64,000 bases of DNA, taken from contig CAXXXF010000003.1 in assembly GCA_963667175.2 (NCBI GenBank), forward strand, positions 448,001 to 512,000. Direction: 5' to 3'. A program made the translations under genes and the position numbers. The notes under the pieces are model-generated. The model had not been told where the DNA came from. It saw only the letters and a program-made list of their open reading frames with translations, and made no database searches. This DNA is from Candidatus Latescibacterota bacterium. Its GTDB lineage: Bacteria; Latescibacterota; UBA2968; GCA-2709665. Positions 41,656 to 51,038 of the stretch are shown one piece after another (the stretch's first letter is position 1; each line of letters starts with the position of its first letter).

Positions 41656-42645
41656 CTATGCCAGTTCCTTGTTGATCAGAAATCGCGGCGGCCGTCCTTC
41701 GATAAACCGCACAAAGTCCTCCATCACCTTCTCGCGCATGCTCCAGTTCGCCTCTTCCGAATACCACGCCAGATGGGGAGCGAGGAGCGCATTCTCCAGA
41801 TTGAACAGGTCCATTTCAGGATCGGGCGGTTCCTGTTCGTACACGTCGATGGCGGCGCCCGCGATCCAACCCTCCCTCAGCGCACGGGCGAGGGCATCCG
41901 CGTCCACCAGACCTCCTCTGGCGGTATTCACCAGATAGGCGTGGGACTTCATCGCCCGAAGTTCCCTTTCACCGATGAGATGATACGAATTTTCGTCGAG
42001 CGACGCGTGAACCGTGATCATGTCCGCTTCTTTGAGCACCGTGTCGAGGTCCACGACCTGCACGTCCAGTTCCTTCAGGCGTTCTGCGGAAAGATACGGA
42101 TCGCACACCAGGACGTTCACGTCGAACCCCGCCAGTTTCCTGAGCGTGAGGCTCCCGATGCGGCCGCATCCGATAATGCCGACGGTCTTTCCCTTGACGG
42201 AATAGACGGGATATACCTCGGTGAAGTCCCATATCCCGTTTCGGCTCGACGCTTCCAGAATTCTCCGTCCCACGTTCAGCTTCCGCCAGCCAGACAGCAT
42301 CAGCGTAATGGCGTGTTCGGCCACCTCGTCCGAACAGTAGTCCGGTTCGTAGGCGACCCGGATTCCCTTTTTCGTCGCCGCGCTCACGTCCACGTTGTCG
42401 TATCCGACGCCGTGCCTCAGGATCAGCCTGCACCTTTCCAGCTGATCGATCACGCTCGCGGTCATCTTTACCATGTTCACCAGAATCATATCCGCGTCGA
42501 CGATCTTTTCGACCAGGTCGGGCTCGGACCTGAACTTCAGCTGATGATATTCGAAGGTGACATGCCCGTATTTGCCGAGTTCTTCCTCTTCCCATTTCAG
42601 ATCGGGCTCGATATAATCGGTGACCACAATCTTGATCGGCTCCAT
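41656..42645 (-). CDS. D-2-hydroxyacid dehydrogenase (CtBP-like)
   Basis: GVGYDNVD, GCGRIG, NTARG, DVYEQEP, PHLAWYS. Confidence 0.92.
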   Translation of the reverse strand: MEPIKIVVTDYIEPDLKWEEEELGKYGHVTFEYHQLKFRSEPDLVEKIVDADMILVNMVKMTASVIDQLERCRLILRHGVGYDNVDVSAATKKGIRVAYEPDYCSDEVAEHAITLMLSGWRKLNVGRRILEASSRNGIWDFTEVYPVYSVKGKTVGIIGCGRIGSLTLRKLAGFDVNVLVCDPYLSAERLKELDVQVVDLDTVLKEADMITVHASLDENSYHLIGERELRAMKSHAYLVNTARGGLVDADALARALREGWIAGAAIDVYEQEPPDPEMDLFNLENALLAPHLAWYSEEANWSMREKVMEDFVRFIEGRPPRFLINKELA

Positions 42646-42664
42646 AGAACGCTCCTGAGAATAG

Positions 42665-42693
42665 CAGCCCGGATGGACTTTACCAACGGGCTG
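42665..42693. mobile_element. Minimal 29-bp MITE derivative (copy C)
   Basis: CAGCCCG-N15-CGGGCTG flanked by ATAG/ATAG; reverse complement matches the first 29 bp of copies A/D with a few mismatches. Confidence 0.65.
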
Positions 42694-42707
42694 ATAGAGA
42701 TGCGGGT

Positions 42708-43751
42708 TTACCCGCCAAAAGGCAGCGCCACGGGATTGCCCGTCCTCGCCGATTCGTAAATCGCCAGGATAATTTCGATCGCCCGCTTCGATTCCGGACC
42801 ATCGATTTCCGGCTCGCCGCCATTATTCAGAATACGTACCATCTCCGCTATCTGCGCCTTGTGCCCCTCCGTGCCGAACGTCCTGGAATCCGATGCCGCC
42901 CTGGCGACGTCGGTCGTGTCCGCCGCGGCCTCCTCCACGCTTTCGCCCTCCACGTCCCACCTGGCAATCTGGTCCGCTTCCACCACGACCGTACCCCGAT
43001 CACCGGAAAACTCCATGCGGGCGGGCAACCCGGGATACGCCGCGGAAGACGCTTCGATCACACCCAGCGCTCCGTTTTCGTATTCCAGTGTGGCAACCAC
43101 GGTGTCTTCGACTTCGATATCGTGGACGAACGTGCCCATCCTGGCGTAGACGCGCCTGACCGGTCCCATGATCCACTGGAGCAGGTCCACCGTGTGGCTG
43201 CCCTGGGTCATCAGCGCCCCGCCGCCCTCCATCGCCCAGTTACCCCGCCAATCGTCCGCATCGTAGTAGGCCTGCGGCCGAAACCACTTGATATAGGCGT
43301 CGGCCAGCACCATCCTGCCGAGAGCGCCGGATTGAACCGCGGTTCGCACCCGGTTGACGGCATCCCCGTACCGCAATTGGAATACCCCCATGAGTTTCAC
43401 CCCTGCGTCTCCGGCCGCCGCAATAATGCGATCCATATTCTGAATCGACACATCCAGAGGCTTTTCCACGATCAGATGCTTTCCCGCCGCCGCCGCATCG
43501 GTGACGATCGGAATGCGGACGCCGCTGGGCGTGCATATACAGACCACGTCCACTTCCGGCCGGCGGAGAACGGCTTCGTGGTCGGTAAACCAGGGGACGT
43601 CGTGCGCTTCTCCGGCGGCCCTGGCGCGCGATTCACTGCGGCTGTACACCGCGACAAGCTCCGCTCCTTCGGTGTCCTGCACGGCCCCGACGTGGTAATC
43701 CGCCACGACGCCGCATCCGATCATTGCAAAACCGACGGTCCGATCACCCAT
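42708..43751 (-). CDS. Gfo/Idh/MocA oxidoreductase
   Basis: MIGCG, VEKP, GGGALMTQGSH. Confidence 0.92.
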   Translation of the reverse strand: MGDRTVGFAMIGCGVVADYHVGAVQDTEGAELVAVYSRSESRARAAGEAHDVPWFTDHEAVLRRPEVDVVCICTPSGVRIPIVTDAAAAGKHLIVEKPLDVSIQNMDRIIAAAGDAGVKLMGVFQLRYGDAVNRVRTAVQSGALGRMVLADAYIKWFRPQAYYDADDWRGNWAMEGGGALMTQGSHTVDLLQWIMGPVRRVYARMGTFVHDIEVEDTVVATLEYENGALGVIEASSAAYPGLPARMEFSGDRGTVVVEADQIARWDVEGESVEEAAADTTDVARAASDSRTFGTEGHKAQIAEMVRILNNGGEPEIDGPESKRAIEIILAIYESARTGNPVALPFGG

Positions 43752-43845
43752 AGACGAATCCTCCCGGACGATACGTTCAACATGCGTGGAAAACCCCGAC
43801 GCGACGGCGCGCACCCGGCGGCGATGCGCCGCAGCCGACTCTCAG

Positions 43846-44087
43846 CAGCCCGTTGATAAAGTCCATCCGGGCTATGTCCGGCCCTTGTGACCGAAATACG
43901 GCGTTGCCTGCCTGCAGCAGGCAGGCGCTCCCTCCCCGAATCCAGGGATTCGCGTCGGTCGCCTGCCTGTGCGTGTCCGCCTGCCTGCCGAGCACGTCTC
44001 GGCGCAGGCAGGCACGCAGACAGGCGCGCCTTGTCTTCGGCCACAATGACTCGGCCTCGCCTGCAGAGCGACTTTTTCAACGGACTG
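43846..44087. mobile_element. MITE copy D (242 bp) carrying nested hairpin inserts
   Basis: Same TIR family as copy A; right ~75 bp nearly identical to copy A; flanks TCAG/TTAG. Confidence 0.8.
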
Positions 44088-44091
44088 TTAG

Positions 44092-44254
44092 GGGCCTGCC
44101 CGAAGGCCGCGCAATGAACCGGCCCACGCTGATCCGATACGCGTATCCGGATGAGGTCGCGCGGGCCGTGCCGTTCTTCGTTTCACCGCTGGCGAGCTTC
44201 GTGAGCGGGCAGATCCTCCGCGTGGACGGCGGCGCGCAGCTTTCGCCGGCGTAG
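44092..44254 (+). pseudogene. C-terminal remnant of an SDR oxidoreductase
   Basis: PDEVARAV.FFVSPLASFVSGQILRVDGG is the SDR C-terminal signature; N-terminal part absent. Confidence 0.7.
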
Positions 44255-44275
44255 TCCGCCCGGCGACGACGCCCG

Positions 44276-44873
44276 TCAGCGCCTGTCCAGTTCCGCCCGG
44301 TATTCCTCCGGCGTATCGATATCCCGCAACACCCCCCCCATCCTCCACCTCGACCTCGAGCGTGTCGTCCGGGTGCCCCCGCATGACGGGTTTCAGCCCG
44401 TCCTCCCCCTTTAGAGATCGGATTTCAGGGAAATAACGACCCAGATCCACCAGGGCCGGATGTCCCCGTCTGCCCCGGTATACAGGAACGACGATCCCTT
44501 CATTTCCGTTTCGATACGCCGCCGCCACCTTCCTGACCACGCTCTCGCGGATATGCGGCTGGTCGCCCAGGGCGATTAACGCCGCATCGGCCGTTTCTTG
44601 CAGGGTGGAAAGCCCGCACATGATACTCGAAAACATCCCCTGACGGTAGTCGGGATTCGTTTGAAACAGGACGGGCCGCTCCGCCAGACTTGCACGTACG
44701 GCATCCGCCTTGTGGCCGAGCACCACAAGGACGTCGTCCAGTTCGGCCTCCAGCAGCGTATCGACTACGGCCTGAAGTACCGTCTTTCCGCCGAACGGCA
44801 ACAGCTGTTTGGGAGACCCCATGCGTGTCGACGTACCCGCGGCCGGCACGAGCGCGCAAATGCGTTTTGTCAT
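44276..44873 (-). CDS. MocA/MobA-like nucleotidyltransferase, +1 frameshift in G8 tract
   Basis: PAAGTSTRMGSPKQLL, ALGDQP, GHP; DIDTPE motif is restored if G8 (44332-44339) is G7. Confidence 0.8.
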
Positions 44874-45127
44874 CTGGTTATCAAGTATAACATAAAACCG
44901 GCGCGGAGACCACAACTTCTGACCGGCTGCCGGACAGGAAGGGCGCATCCTGCAGATCCGCATTTAAAACAACTACTTAATCGTCACCTTTCAAGGCAGG
45001 TCGCCGGGAGGCCGTTCCGAACCGCAATCCGGCGAATGCGATGACGCCGACGCGGCGCCCTTTCGCGCTTGATCATTCATAAAGATAATAAAAACAATTG
45101 ATTAATTCGTCCATTTCACGCTTTACC

Positions 45128-45155
45128 TTGACTTTTTTCCATTAAATAGTACATT
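45128..45155 (+). promoter_or_regulatory. Putative sigma70 promoter
   Basis: TTGACT-N16-TACATT in AT-rich intergenic region. Confidence 0.4.
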
Positions 45156-45222
45156 ACATCCCTTTAAAAGGAACAGGGGGTCGATTTCCGCACGTCCTCA
45201 GCCTCCCGAGAAGGTGTTTCAG

Positions 45223-45468
45223 GTGCTCTGTGAAACGTGTGAAAAGCGTCCCGCCACACGGATCTCCACCCGGATCATCAATGGCGGGAAACAGATCACG
45301 TATCGTTGCGAAGTCTGCGAATCGCTACCGGAAGCCGGGTCGCAACCTCGTCTGGAGCGCCCTTGCGAGCGTTGCAGGAAGGAAGAGGGCGTTGTCAAGC
45401 TCACGCGACTCGCGGAACGATATCGAACCGTAACCTATCTTTGTGAAACCTGCGCGGCCGGGACCTGA
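45223..45468 (+). CDS. Small double zinc-ribbon protein resembling two McsA N-terminal modules
   Basis: Four CxxC: LCETCEKRPAT...IING.K....CEVC and CERC...LCETCA. Confidence 0.7.
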   Translation: MLCETCEKRPATRISTRIINGGKQITYRCEVCESLPEAGSQPRLERPCERCRKEEGVVKLTRLAERYRTVTYLCETCAAGT

Positions 45469-45537
45469 GTCCCGTCCCGGAAAAATGTCATTCTGCTTCC
45501 CTGCCTGCGCCGCGCCCCTGAGCAACCGGACAGCCGC

Positions 45538-48500
45538 ATGATGGATACCAGCACGTTCCTGAATCCCCCGGCCCCCTATCGAATTCTGCCTACCTGGACG
45601 TGGAACAGCACGATCGAGGAGGGAGAAATCGTGCGTCAGATCCGGGAGATGGGTGAAAAGGGTCTGGGCGGTTTCTGCCTGTCCGCGGGTCCGGGGCTTC
45701 GCATTCCGTACCTTTCCAGAGTCTGGTTTGACCGGGTTCGGGTGGCTGTGGAAACCGCCCGAGAGGTTGGACTTCAGGTCTGGCTGCACGACGATTATCC
45801 CCATCCCCACAGCATCAGCGGCGTCCAGGTGTCGTTAGGCTACCCGCAGTATCGGGCCCAACACCTTACGTTTGACGAAATCACGGTCCAGGGTGGCCAG
45901 CAAGTCGACATGGAGCTTCCATGGGGCGCCGTATTGCGCGCGCTGGCCGTTCCGCTCAAACGCGACCGGTGCCTCTGGGAGGACGTTGCGGATATCGGCG
46001 ACAACATCGGCGCAAACCAACGCCATGAAATATACCGCGAGCACCCGGACGACGCCGTATACCACGACAAACGGTTTCTTGCCCGCCACCTCACGCACCG
46101 CCTCTTCTGGAAGGCGCCGCCGGGACGCTGGAGAGTGCTTGTCTTCATCCAGCGGGAAAACGAAGCGGCGCAGCCCCATGGAATCCACTTCGATCCGTTC
46201 AACGCGGACGCCGTCGCCTGTTTTCTCGAGACCACACACGGACGGTACGCCAGCGGGCTGGCGGACGATTTCGGCCGCGTGATTCAGGGCATTTTTACCA
46301 CCGAGGCGTTTTCCACTCCCGGTAGATGGCCCTGGTCTCCGACGTTGCCCCGGGTATTTCAGGACCGCAACCGGTACGACCTGCTCAAATGCCTACCGGC
46401 ACTGATGACCCATTTCGGCCCGAACACGGCCCGGATCCGGTACGATTACTTCCAGACGCTGAGCGAGATGCTCAGGGACAACTTCCATAGAGCCTTTGAG
46501 ACGTGGTGCGCGAAACGAAACGTGCTGCACGCGGCCGACGTCACCGTCTTCAGAAACGCCCACCGGCGCAACGTACATATTCCCGGTACGTGTGGAGGCG
46601 GCGAAAAGGTTGGCGGGTTCAGAGACGGGGACGCGCACGCCGCATCGTATCGCCGCAACCCCAGGTTCTCTGTTTCGCAGCACGACGGGGATCGCGCGTT
46701 TAACACATGTTTCCAGGATACCGGCTGGTCGCTGACACTCCAGGATATGAAATGGACGATCGACCGGATGGGCGCTCTCGGCGCGAATCTCTTTCATGCA
46801 CGGGGATTGTCTTATACCCTCGACGGACTGCGCAAGCACGACGGTCCGCCCTCCATTTTCCATCAGAACCCGTACTGGAAACATTTCCGGCTTCTGGCGG
46901 ACTACGCCGGCCGCCTCTCCTACGTCCTCAGCCAGGGACGCCGTAAGGCCAATCTGGCGCTTCTGGATCCGGTGACGAGCCTGTGGGCGCACCTGGGCAG
47001 TCCGGGACTCGGATGGGAGTATATCGGTTACGACGAGGATGAGGCCAAGCTGACCCGGCGGCTCGCCGCGGATTGGGCGTACCTGATAGAGTCCCTATGC
47101 CAGATGCAGCGCGATTTCGACTGCCTGGATCCGGAAACCCTCGCGGCGGCGCGCATCGCCGGAAACCGGATGCAGATTGACGGCGCCGGCTACGACGTGC
47201 TCATCCTGCCGCCCATGACAAACCTCGAGCGAGACGCGTTTGAACGCATCAGGCAATTCATCAATGCCGGCGGCATCGTCATCTGTCTCGGCCTGCTTCC
47301 GATCGAAGACATCCAGGAGGGGCCATCCGTTGTCGAGGCTTTCTCCCGCCTGACCGATATGGAGCCCGGCAGAATGAGGCGGGACTATATCGGCCACGAA
47401 CTGGGCGTACATCTCATTCAGCGTGGAAACCTCTACTTCATTCGCACGGGTGGTTCCGTCGAAAAAAACCGCGGCGCCCGTATGCTGGGCGATCTGCTCC
47501 ACCGGATCCTTCCTGCGGACGTCCTTGTCGAGACCGACAAAAAGAACGGTTCGGCGATATTGGCGCAGATACGGGAGACGGCAAACGAAGATCTGTTTTT
47601 CTTTGCCAATACCAACCGAAACGCCTTCACGTCCCGGATCACCCTCGTGGTTCCGCCTCGCAGGCGAAAGGTGGAACGGTGGGACCTGGAAACCGGCAGG
47701 CGCACGCCATTGCCGGTGGAGCGCGATGGCGATCGGGTCAGGCTCAACGTCAACTTCGAACGTTTGCAGTCCCACCTGATTGTCGCGTCAGAAGACAAAC
47801 CGCAGCCTCCCTCCGAATCGGAAACCGCGGCCGTTTTGCGTCCCGACGTGAACGACGCGTGGAAAGTCGATCCCGAAGAGGACAACTGCCTTCGCCTGGA
47901 CCGGTTCCAGATGCAACTCGATCCGCAGAACAAGGGGATCGAACAGGGCTGGCACAGACCGGGCTACCGGGACAATCGCTGGACGTCCGTCACCCCCAAG
48001 CCGGTTGTCGACCAGATCGGAAACCTGCCGTCTCTTTCCGGACTGCCCTTCACGTTCGATAGTGGCGGACCGGGCAAGACTGCCGGTCCCGGTATCGAAT
48101 TTCCCCTGGTCTGCTGGTTCAGAACGGCATTTTCCGCCGACGTCGTGCCGTCCAAACTTTCTCTGGTCATGGACCGCAGCGCCATTTTGGGCAATTACCA
48201 GATCTATCTGAACGGTGTCCGACTGCCTGGCAAGGCTTTTCGTCCCACTTTCAGGTACGACCACAACAACGTCACCTGCGCGGTGGTGCGCCGCGCTACG
48301 ACGGGAAGGAACGTCCTGGCCATCCGCGTGGAGCTGGACGATCTCAATCAGGGCCTCGTCGACGCCTTTTACGTCTTCGGAAAATTCGGCGTGAGGCGCT
48401 GGCTCAACCACTATTTGCGAATGGTTGCCCCGGTCGACCGTGGATTCCCGGGTGAACTCGACGAGCAGAAGATGCCCTACTATGCCGGCACGGTCGTGTA

Positions 48501-48780
48501 CACGAAGGATATGACGTTTATCGAACCTCCCGAGACCGAACAGTTCGTTTTTTCGCTCGAGGAGGAACTCAAGGACGTTTCCGATATCGTAGAGGTGGTC
48601 ATCAACGGCCGCACCCTGGGGACGAGGGCCTGGGCGCCCTACAAGTGGACGGCCAGAACCGAATGGCTGAAACCGGGAAAGAACCGAATCGCGGTCCGGA
48701 TGACCAACACCCTCTCCCGGCTGCTCACCGGCCGTGAATTCGAGGCCCGAACCCACTCCCTGGAGCCGGTCAAACTTTAG
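45538..48780 (+). CDS. Large glycoside hydrolase (GH106/alpha-L-rhamnosidase-like)
   Basis: PYRILPTWTWN, GGF, VWLHDD, RYDYFQT, QNPYW, C-terminal beta-sandwich YYAGTVVY...G.N.I. Confidence 0.7.
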   Translation: MMDTSTFLNPPAPYRILPTWTWNSTIEEGEIVRQIREMGEKGLGGFCLSAGPGLRIPYLSRVWFDRVRVAVETAREVGLQVWLHDDYPHPHSISGVQVSLGYPQYRAQHLTFDEITVQGGQQVDMELPWGAVLRALAVPLKRDRCLWEDVADIGDNIGANQRHEIYREHPDDAVYHDKRFLARHLTHRLFWKAPPGRWRVLVFIQRENEAAQPHGIHFDPFNADAVACFLETTHGRYASGLADDFGRVIQGIFTTEAFSTPGRWPWSPTLPRVFQDRNRYDLLKCLPALMTHFGPNTARIRYDYFQTLSEMLRDNFHRAFETWCAKRNVLHAADVTVFRNAHRRNVHIPGTCGGGEKVGGFRDGDAHAASYRRNPRFSVSQHDGDRAFNTCFQDTGWSLTLQDMKWTIDRMGALGANLFHARGLSYTLDGLRKHDGPPSIFHQNPYWKHFRLLADYAGRLSYVLSQGRRKANLALLDPVTSLWAHLGSPGLGWEYIGYDEDEAKLTRRLAADWAYLIESLCQMQRDFDCLDPETLAAARIAGNRMQIDGAGYDVLILPPMTNLERDAFERIRQFINAGGIVICLGLLPIEDIQEGPSVVEAFSRLTDMEPGRMRRDYIGHELGVHLIQRGNLYFIRTGGSVEKNRGARMLGDLLHRILPADVLVETDKKNGSAILAQIRETANEDLFFFANTNRNAFTSRITLVVPPRRRKVERWDLETGRRTPLPVERDGDRVRLNVNFERLQSHLIVASEDKPQPPSESETAAVLRPDVNDAWKVDPEEDNCLRLDRFQMQLDPQNKGIEQGWHRPGYRDNRWTSVTPKPVVDQIGNLPSLSGLPFTFDSGGPGKTAGPGIEFPLVCWFRTAFSADVVPSKLSLVMDRSAILGNYQIYLNGVRLPGKAFRPTFRYDHNNVTCAVVRRATTGRNVLAIRVELDDLNQGLVDAFYVFGKFGVRRWLNHYLRMVAPVDRGFPGELDEQKMPYYAGTVVYTKDMTFIEPPETEQFVFSLEEELKDVSDIVEVVINGRTLGTRAWAPYKWTARTEWLKPGKNRIAVRMTNTLSRLLTGREFEARTHSLEPVKL

Positions 48781-48881
48781 GTAACCGGGGTCGGCCGGCG
48801 CTGACCCACTCCCTGACCGGAGGAACCGGATGCGCCATGGACCCCCGTTGCCGGCGTCATCTACACTGTATCGGTCAATAG

Positions 48882-48912
48882 AAAAAGCGGCCTCACATCG
48901 AGGTCGCTTTTT
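48882..48912. terminator. Rho-independent terminator
   Basis: AAAAAGCGGCCTC-ACATC-GAGGTCGCTTTTT. Confidence 0.75.
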
Positions 48913-49099
48913 CGTATAATACGAAGGGGAGATTCACCGAACGCGATGCGCGGCGGTCGGGAGGAAATACAGGCGGGAGGGTTGTCCTGTCATCCCTTGG
49001 TTCGCTCCGTTCATGCGTGAAGGGAGAACAGGCCGCGTTCAAGGGGCGCCGTTGACCATTACTGGATTCGGCAGAGTATATCTCAATTGGAGACAAACT

Positions 49100-49363
49100 A
49101 TGAAAAAGGGATGGATCGCAGCAGGCGTGGCAGCCGCGCTACAGGGATTTCTTCTGGTGGCGGCGGGCGTCATCTTCGCCGCCCTGTTTCTCATCAAGAT
49201 CCTCTGGGCGTGGACGATTCCCGATCTGTTTCCCGGCGCGGTGGAACAGGGACTCATCGCGGGGGAGATCTCCTGGTTTGCATCCCTCAAGCTCGCGCTG
49301 TTCCTCGGGATCCTGTCGGCGATCATCGGCGGAGGAAACGTGTCAACGTCGGTTTCGAAGTAA
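49100..49363 (+). CDS. Small two-TM membrane protein
   Basis: GGAGA RBS; hydrophobic helices around WAWTIPDLFPGAVEQGLIAGEISW. Confidence 0.7.
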   Translation: MKKGWIAAGVAAALQGFLLVAAGVIFAALFLIKILWAWTIPDLFPGAVEQGLIAGEISWFASLKLALFLGILSAIIGGGNVSTSVSK

Positions 49364-49396
49364 ACAAACGTCACGCAAAGCAGTGATCAGCTAAAG

Positions 49397-49556
49397 GCGG
49401 TTAGACGGGAGACGCAAGACGGGAGAGGATGAGAGTGCCTGTTCGGTATCATCTCTTGCCGCAGGCATAAAGGAGAAACCAATCTGGCAAAGATGTCATC
49501 TACCGTCTAACCTCTACCGTCTCCCCGTTTTCATCTACCGTCTTACGTCTCACCGC
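49397..49556. repeat. Inverted degenerate heptamer arrays
   Basis: AGACGGG AGACGCA AGACGGG on left; multiple TACCGTC-type units on right, complementary to left. Confidence 0.7.
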
Positions 49557-49638
49557 ATTTTGGAGGGGGAGCACAGCGAAATGTCTTCAAATGATTACAG
49601 TATTTGATACGATTGATGATAGGTGATCGGATACTCAG

Positions 49639-50391
49639 ATGAAATTCGACGACGGGTCCTACTACAGGGCGTACGATCACAACTACCGGGTCGCTTATGA
49701 AGAAGGCCTGACGTGCGCTGGCGAAGGCGGATCGCAGAAGGATCTTGAGCGCCTGCGGCGAATGCTCGGACGCATCCCCCACGATCCTCGCAATACCGGG
49801 ATTCTGGACCTGGGATGCGGCGACGGTACGACGGGTCTTTTCCTGGCCGGGCTGGGATATCGGTACCTTGGTATCGACGTTTCGGAGGCCGCCATCGAAC
49901 GTGCGAAGCGACGCTGCGCCGAAGCCGGCACGGATGCGAGATTCGTGGTGGCGAATGCGCTGGATCCCGATGCGTTTCCCGGTGGAGGCTTCGATATCGT
50001 CGTCGACTGCTATTGCTTGAATATGCTGGCTGTCGACGCCCACCGGAAAGCCTATCTCGAAAACGTCTTGAGAGTTACACGAGACGGAGGATTCTTCATC
50101 CTGTTCGGTGCGCGTGACGAGGATGCCTGTGAGGGTCCGGTGAATTCCTTCGCTGAGTTCTGCAGGAAAACCGGCGCGAACACGTCCGGCGTGCCATTCC
50201 AGAAACGTAAGGGAAACGAGTGGCGGAGCGTCGATGGCAAAACGGTATACTTGATGGGCCGCCCAATGAGCCTGAAGGGCTATCGAAAGGAATTGACCGC
50301 GGCGGGTTTCTCGATCCTGCACCGTGCGGCCTATGGTCGAGAACGGCAATACGCGGGCTTCCTGCTGCAAAGGGTACGGCAGGCGTCGTGA
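49639..50391 (+). CDS. Class I SAM-dependent methyltransferase
   Basis: ILDLGCGDG, GIDVSEAAI, FDIVVD. Confidence 0.9.
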   Translation: MKFDDGSYYRAYDHNYRVAYEEGLTCAGEGGSQKDLERLRRMLGRIPHDPRNTGILDLGCGDGTTGLFLAGLGYRYLGIDVSEAAIERAKRRCAEAGTDARFVVANALDPDAFPGGGFDIVVDCYCLNMLAVDAHRKAYLENVLRVTRDGGFFILFGARDEDACEGPVNSFAEFCRKTGANTSGVPFQKRKGNEWRSVDGKTVYLMGRPMSLKGYRKELTAAGFSILHRAAYGRERQYAGFLLQRVRQAS

Positions 50392-50502
50392 ATGGCAGAT
50401 GGATTCAAGCGGGGTGATTCCATGAGAAATCTCGGCGTCGGCTACTCTCGGTGTTACTTGAGGTAACGCATTCACCTCTTCCTTCAGGTACTGAGGAATG
50501 GC

Positions 50503-50931
50503 ATGCCTGAGCGCGACGACAGTCATACGTGGTACCATGGCTCTCAACAAGCGTTGACGGAACTTCGCGTTGGAAGTTCGATCACGCAGATCCGGGCCTT
50601 GGCGAAGGCGTTCTCACACCGGCCCTCGCTTGTCAGTGTGTCTGACCCGGGCGAGTCGGTTTCCTTCAAGAGTACGGTTAAGCACAACGGCGTCACGCCG
50701 GGTTATCTCTATGCTGTTTCTGAGCAGATCGACCCCGGGGATATCTATCCGCATCCGCACCCGGCGAATGCCGATCGCTGGGAGTGGCTGACCCGGCGGG
50801 AATTGAAGCTGACATTCATCGAAAAGACGATCGTGACGGACCGGGAACGCCTGACCGACGAAGAAATCTCAGTCCTCAGGCGGAAGCAGAAGGAACGTGG
50901 CGAGGAGACGTTCGCGGAGAAGCCTGATTGA
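50503..50931 (+). CDS. Hypothetical protein, possible ADP-ribosyltransferase (Arr-like) fold
   Basis: WYHGS...L..G, GYLY.V, late EWL; GAGGA RBS. Confidence 0.5.
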   Translation: MPERDDSHTWYHGSQQALTELRVGSSITQIRALAKAFSHRPSLVSVSDPGESVSFKSTVKHNGVTPGYLYAVSEQIDPGDIYPHPHPANADRWEWLTRRELKLTFIEKTIVTDRERLTDEEISVLRRKQKERGEETFAEKPD

Positions 50932-51038
50932 AATGGTGCGAAACACGGATTCGGTGCAATTCCCGAGCGCGGCGACGCTGTGCTCAGCCGCAACCAAATA
51001 GGTGGAAGTGAAGGCGCGCGTCCGTTCAACGGTTTAAT

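Noticed and set aside
45466-45540. TGA readthrough fusing the zinc-ribbon gene to the glycoside hydrolase (same frame)
   Set aside because: TGA is not at a Cys-motif position, there is no convincing SECIS hairpin, and in-frame adjacency is common by chance in GC-rich DNA
49397-49556. CRISPR array
   Set aside because: Units are 7-bp degenerate tandem repeats without spacers; no cas genes. No CRISPR, tRNA or rRNA recognised anywhere in the window
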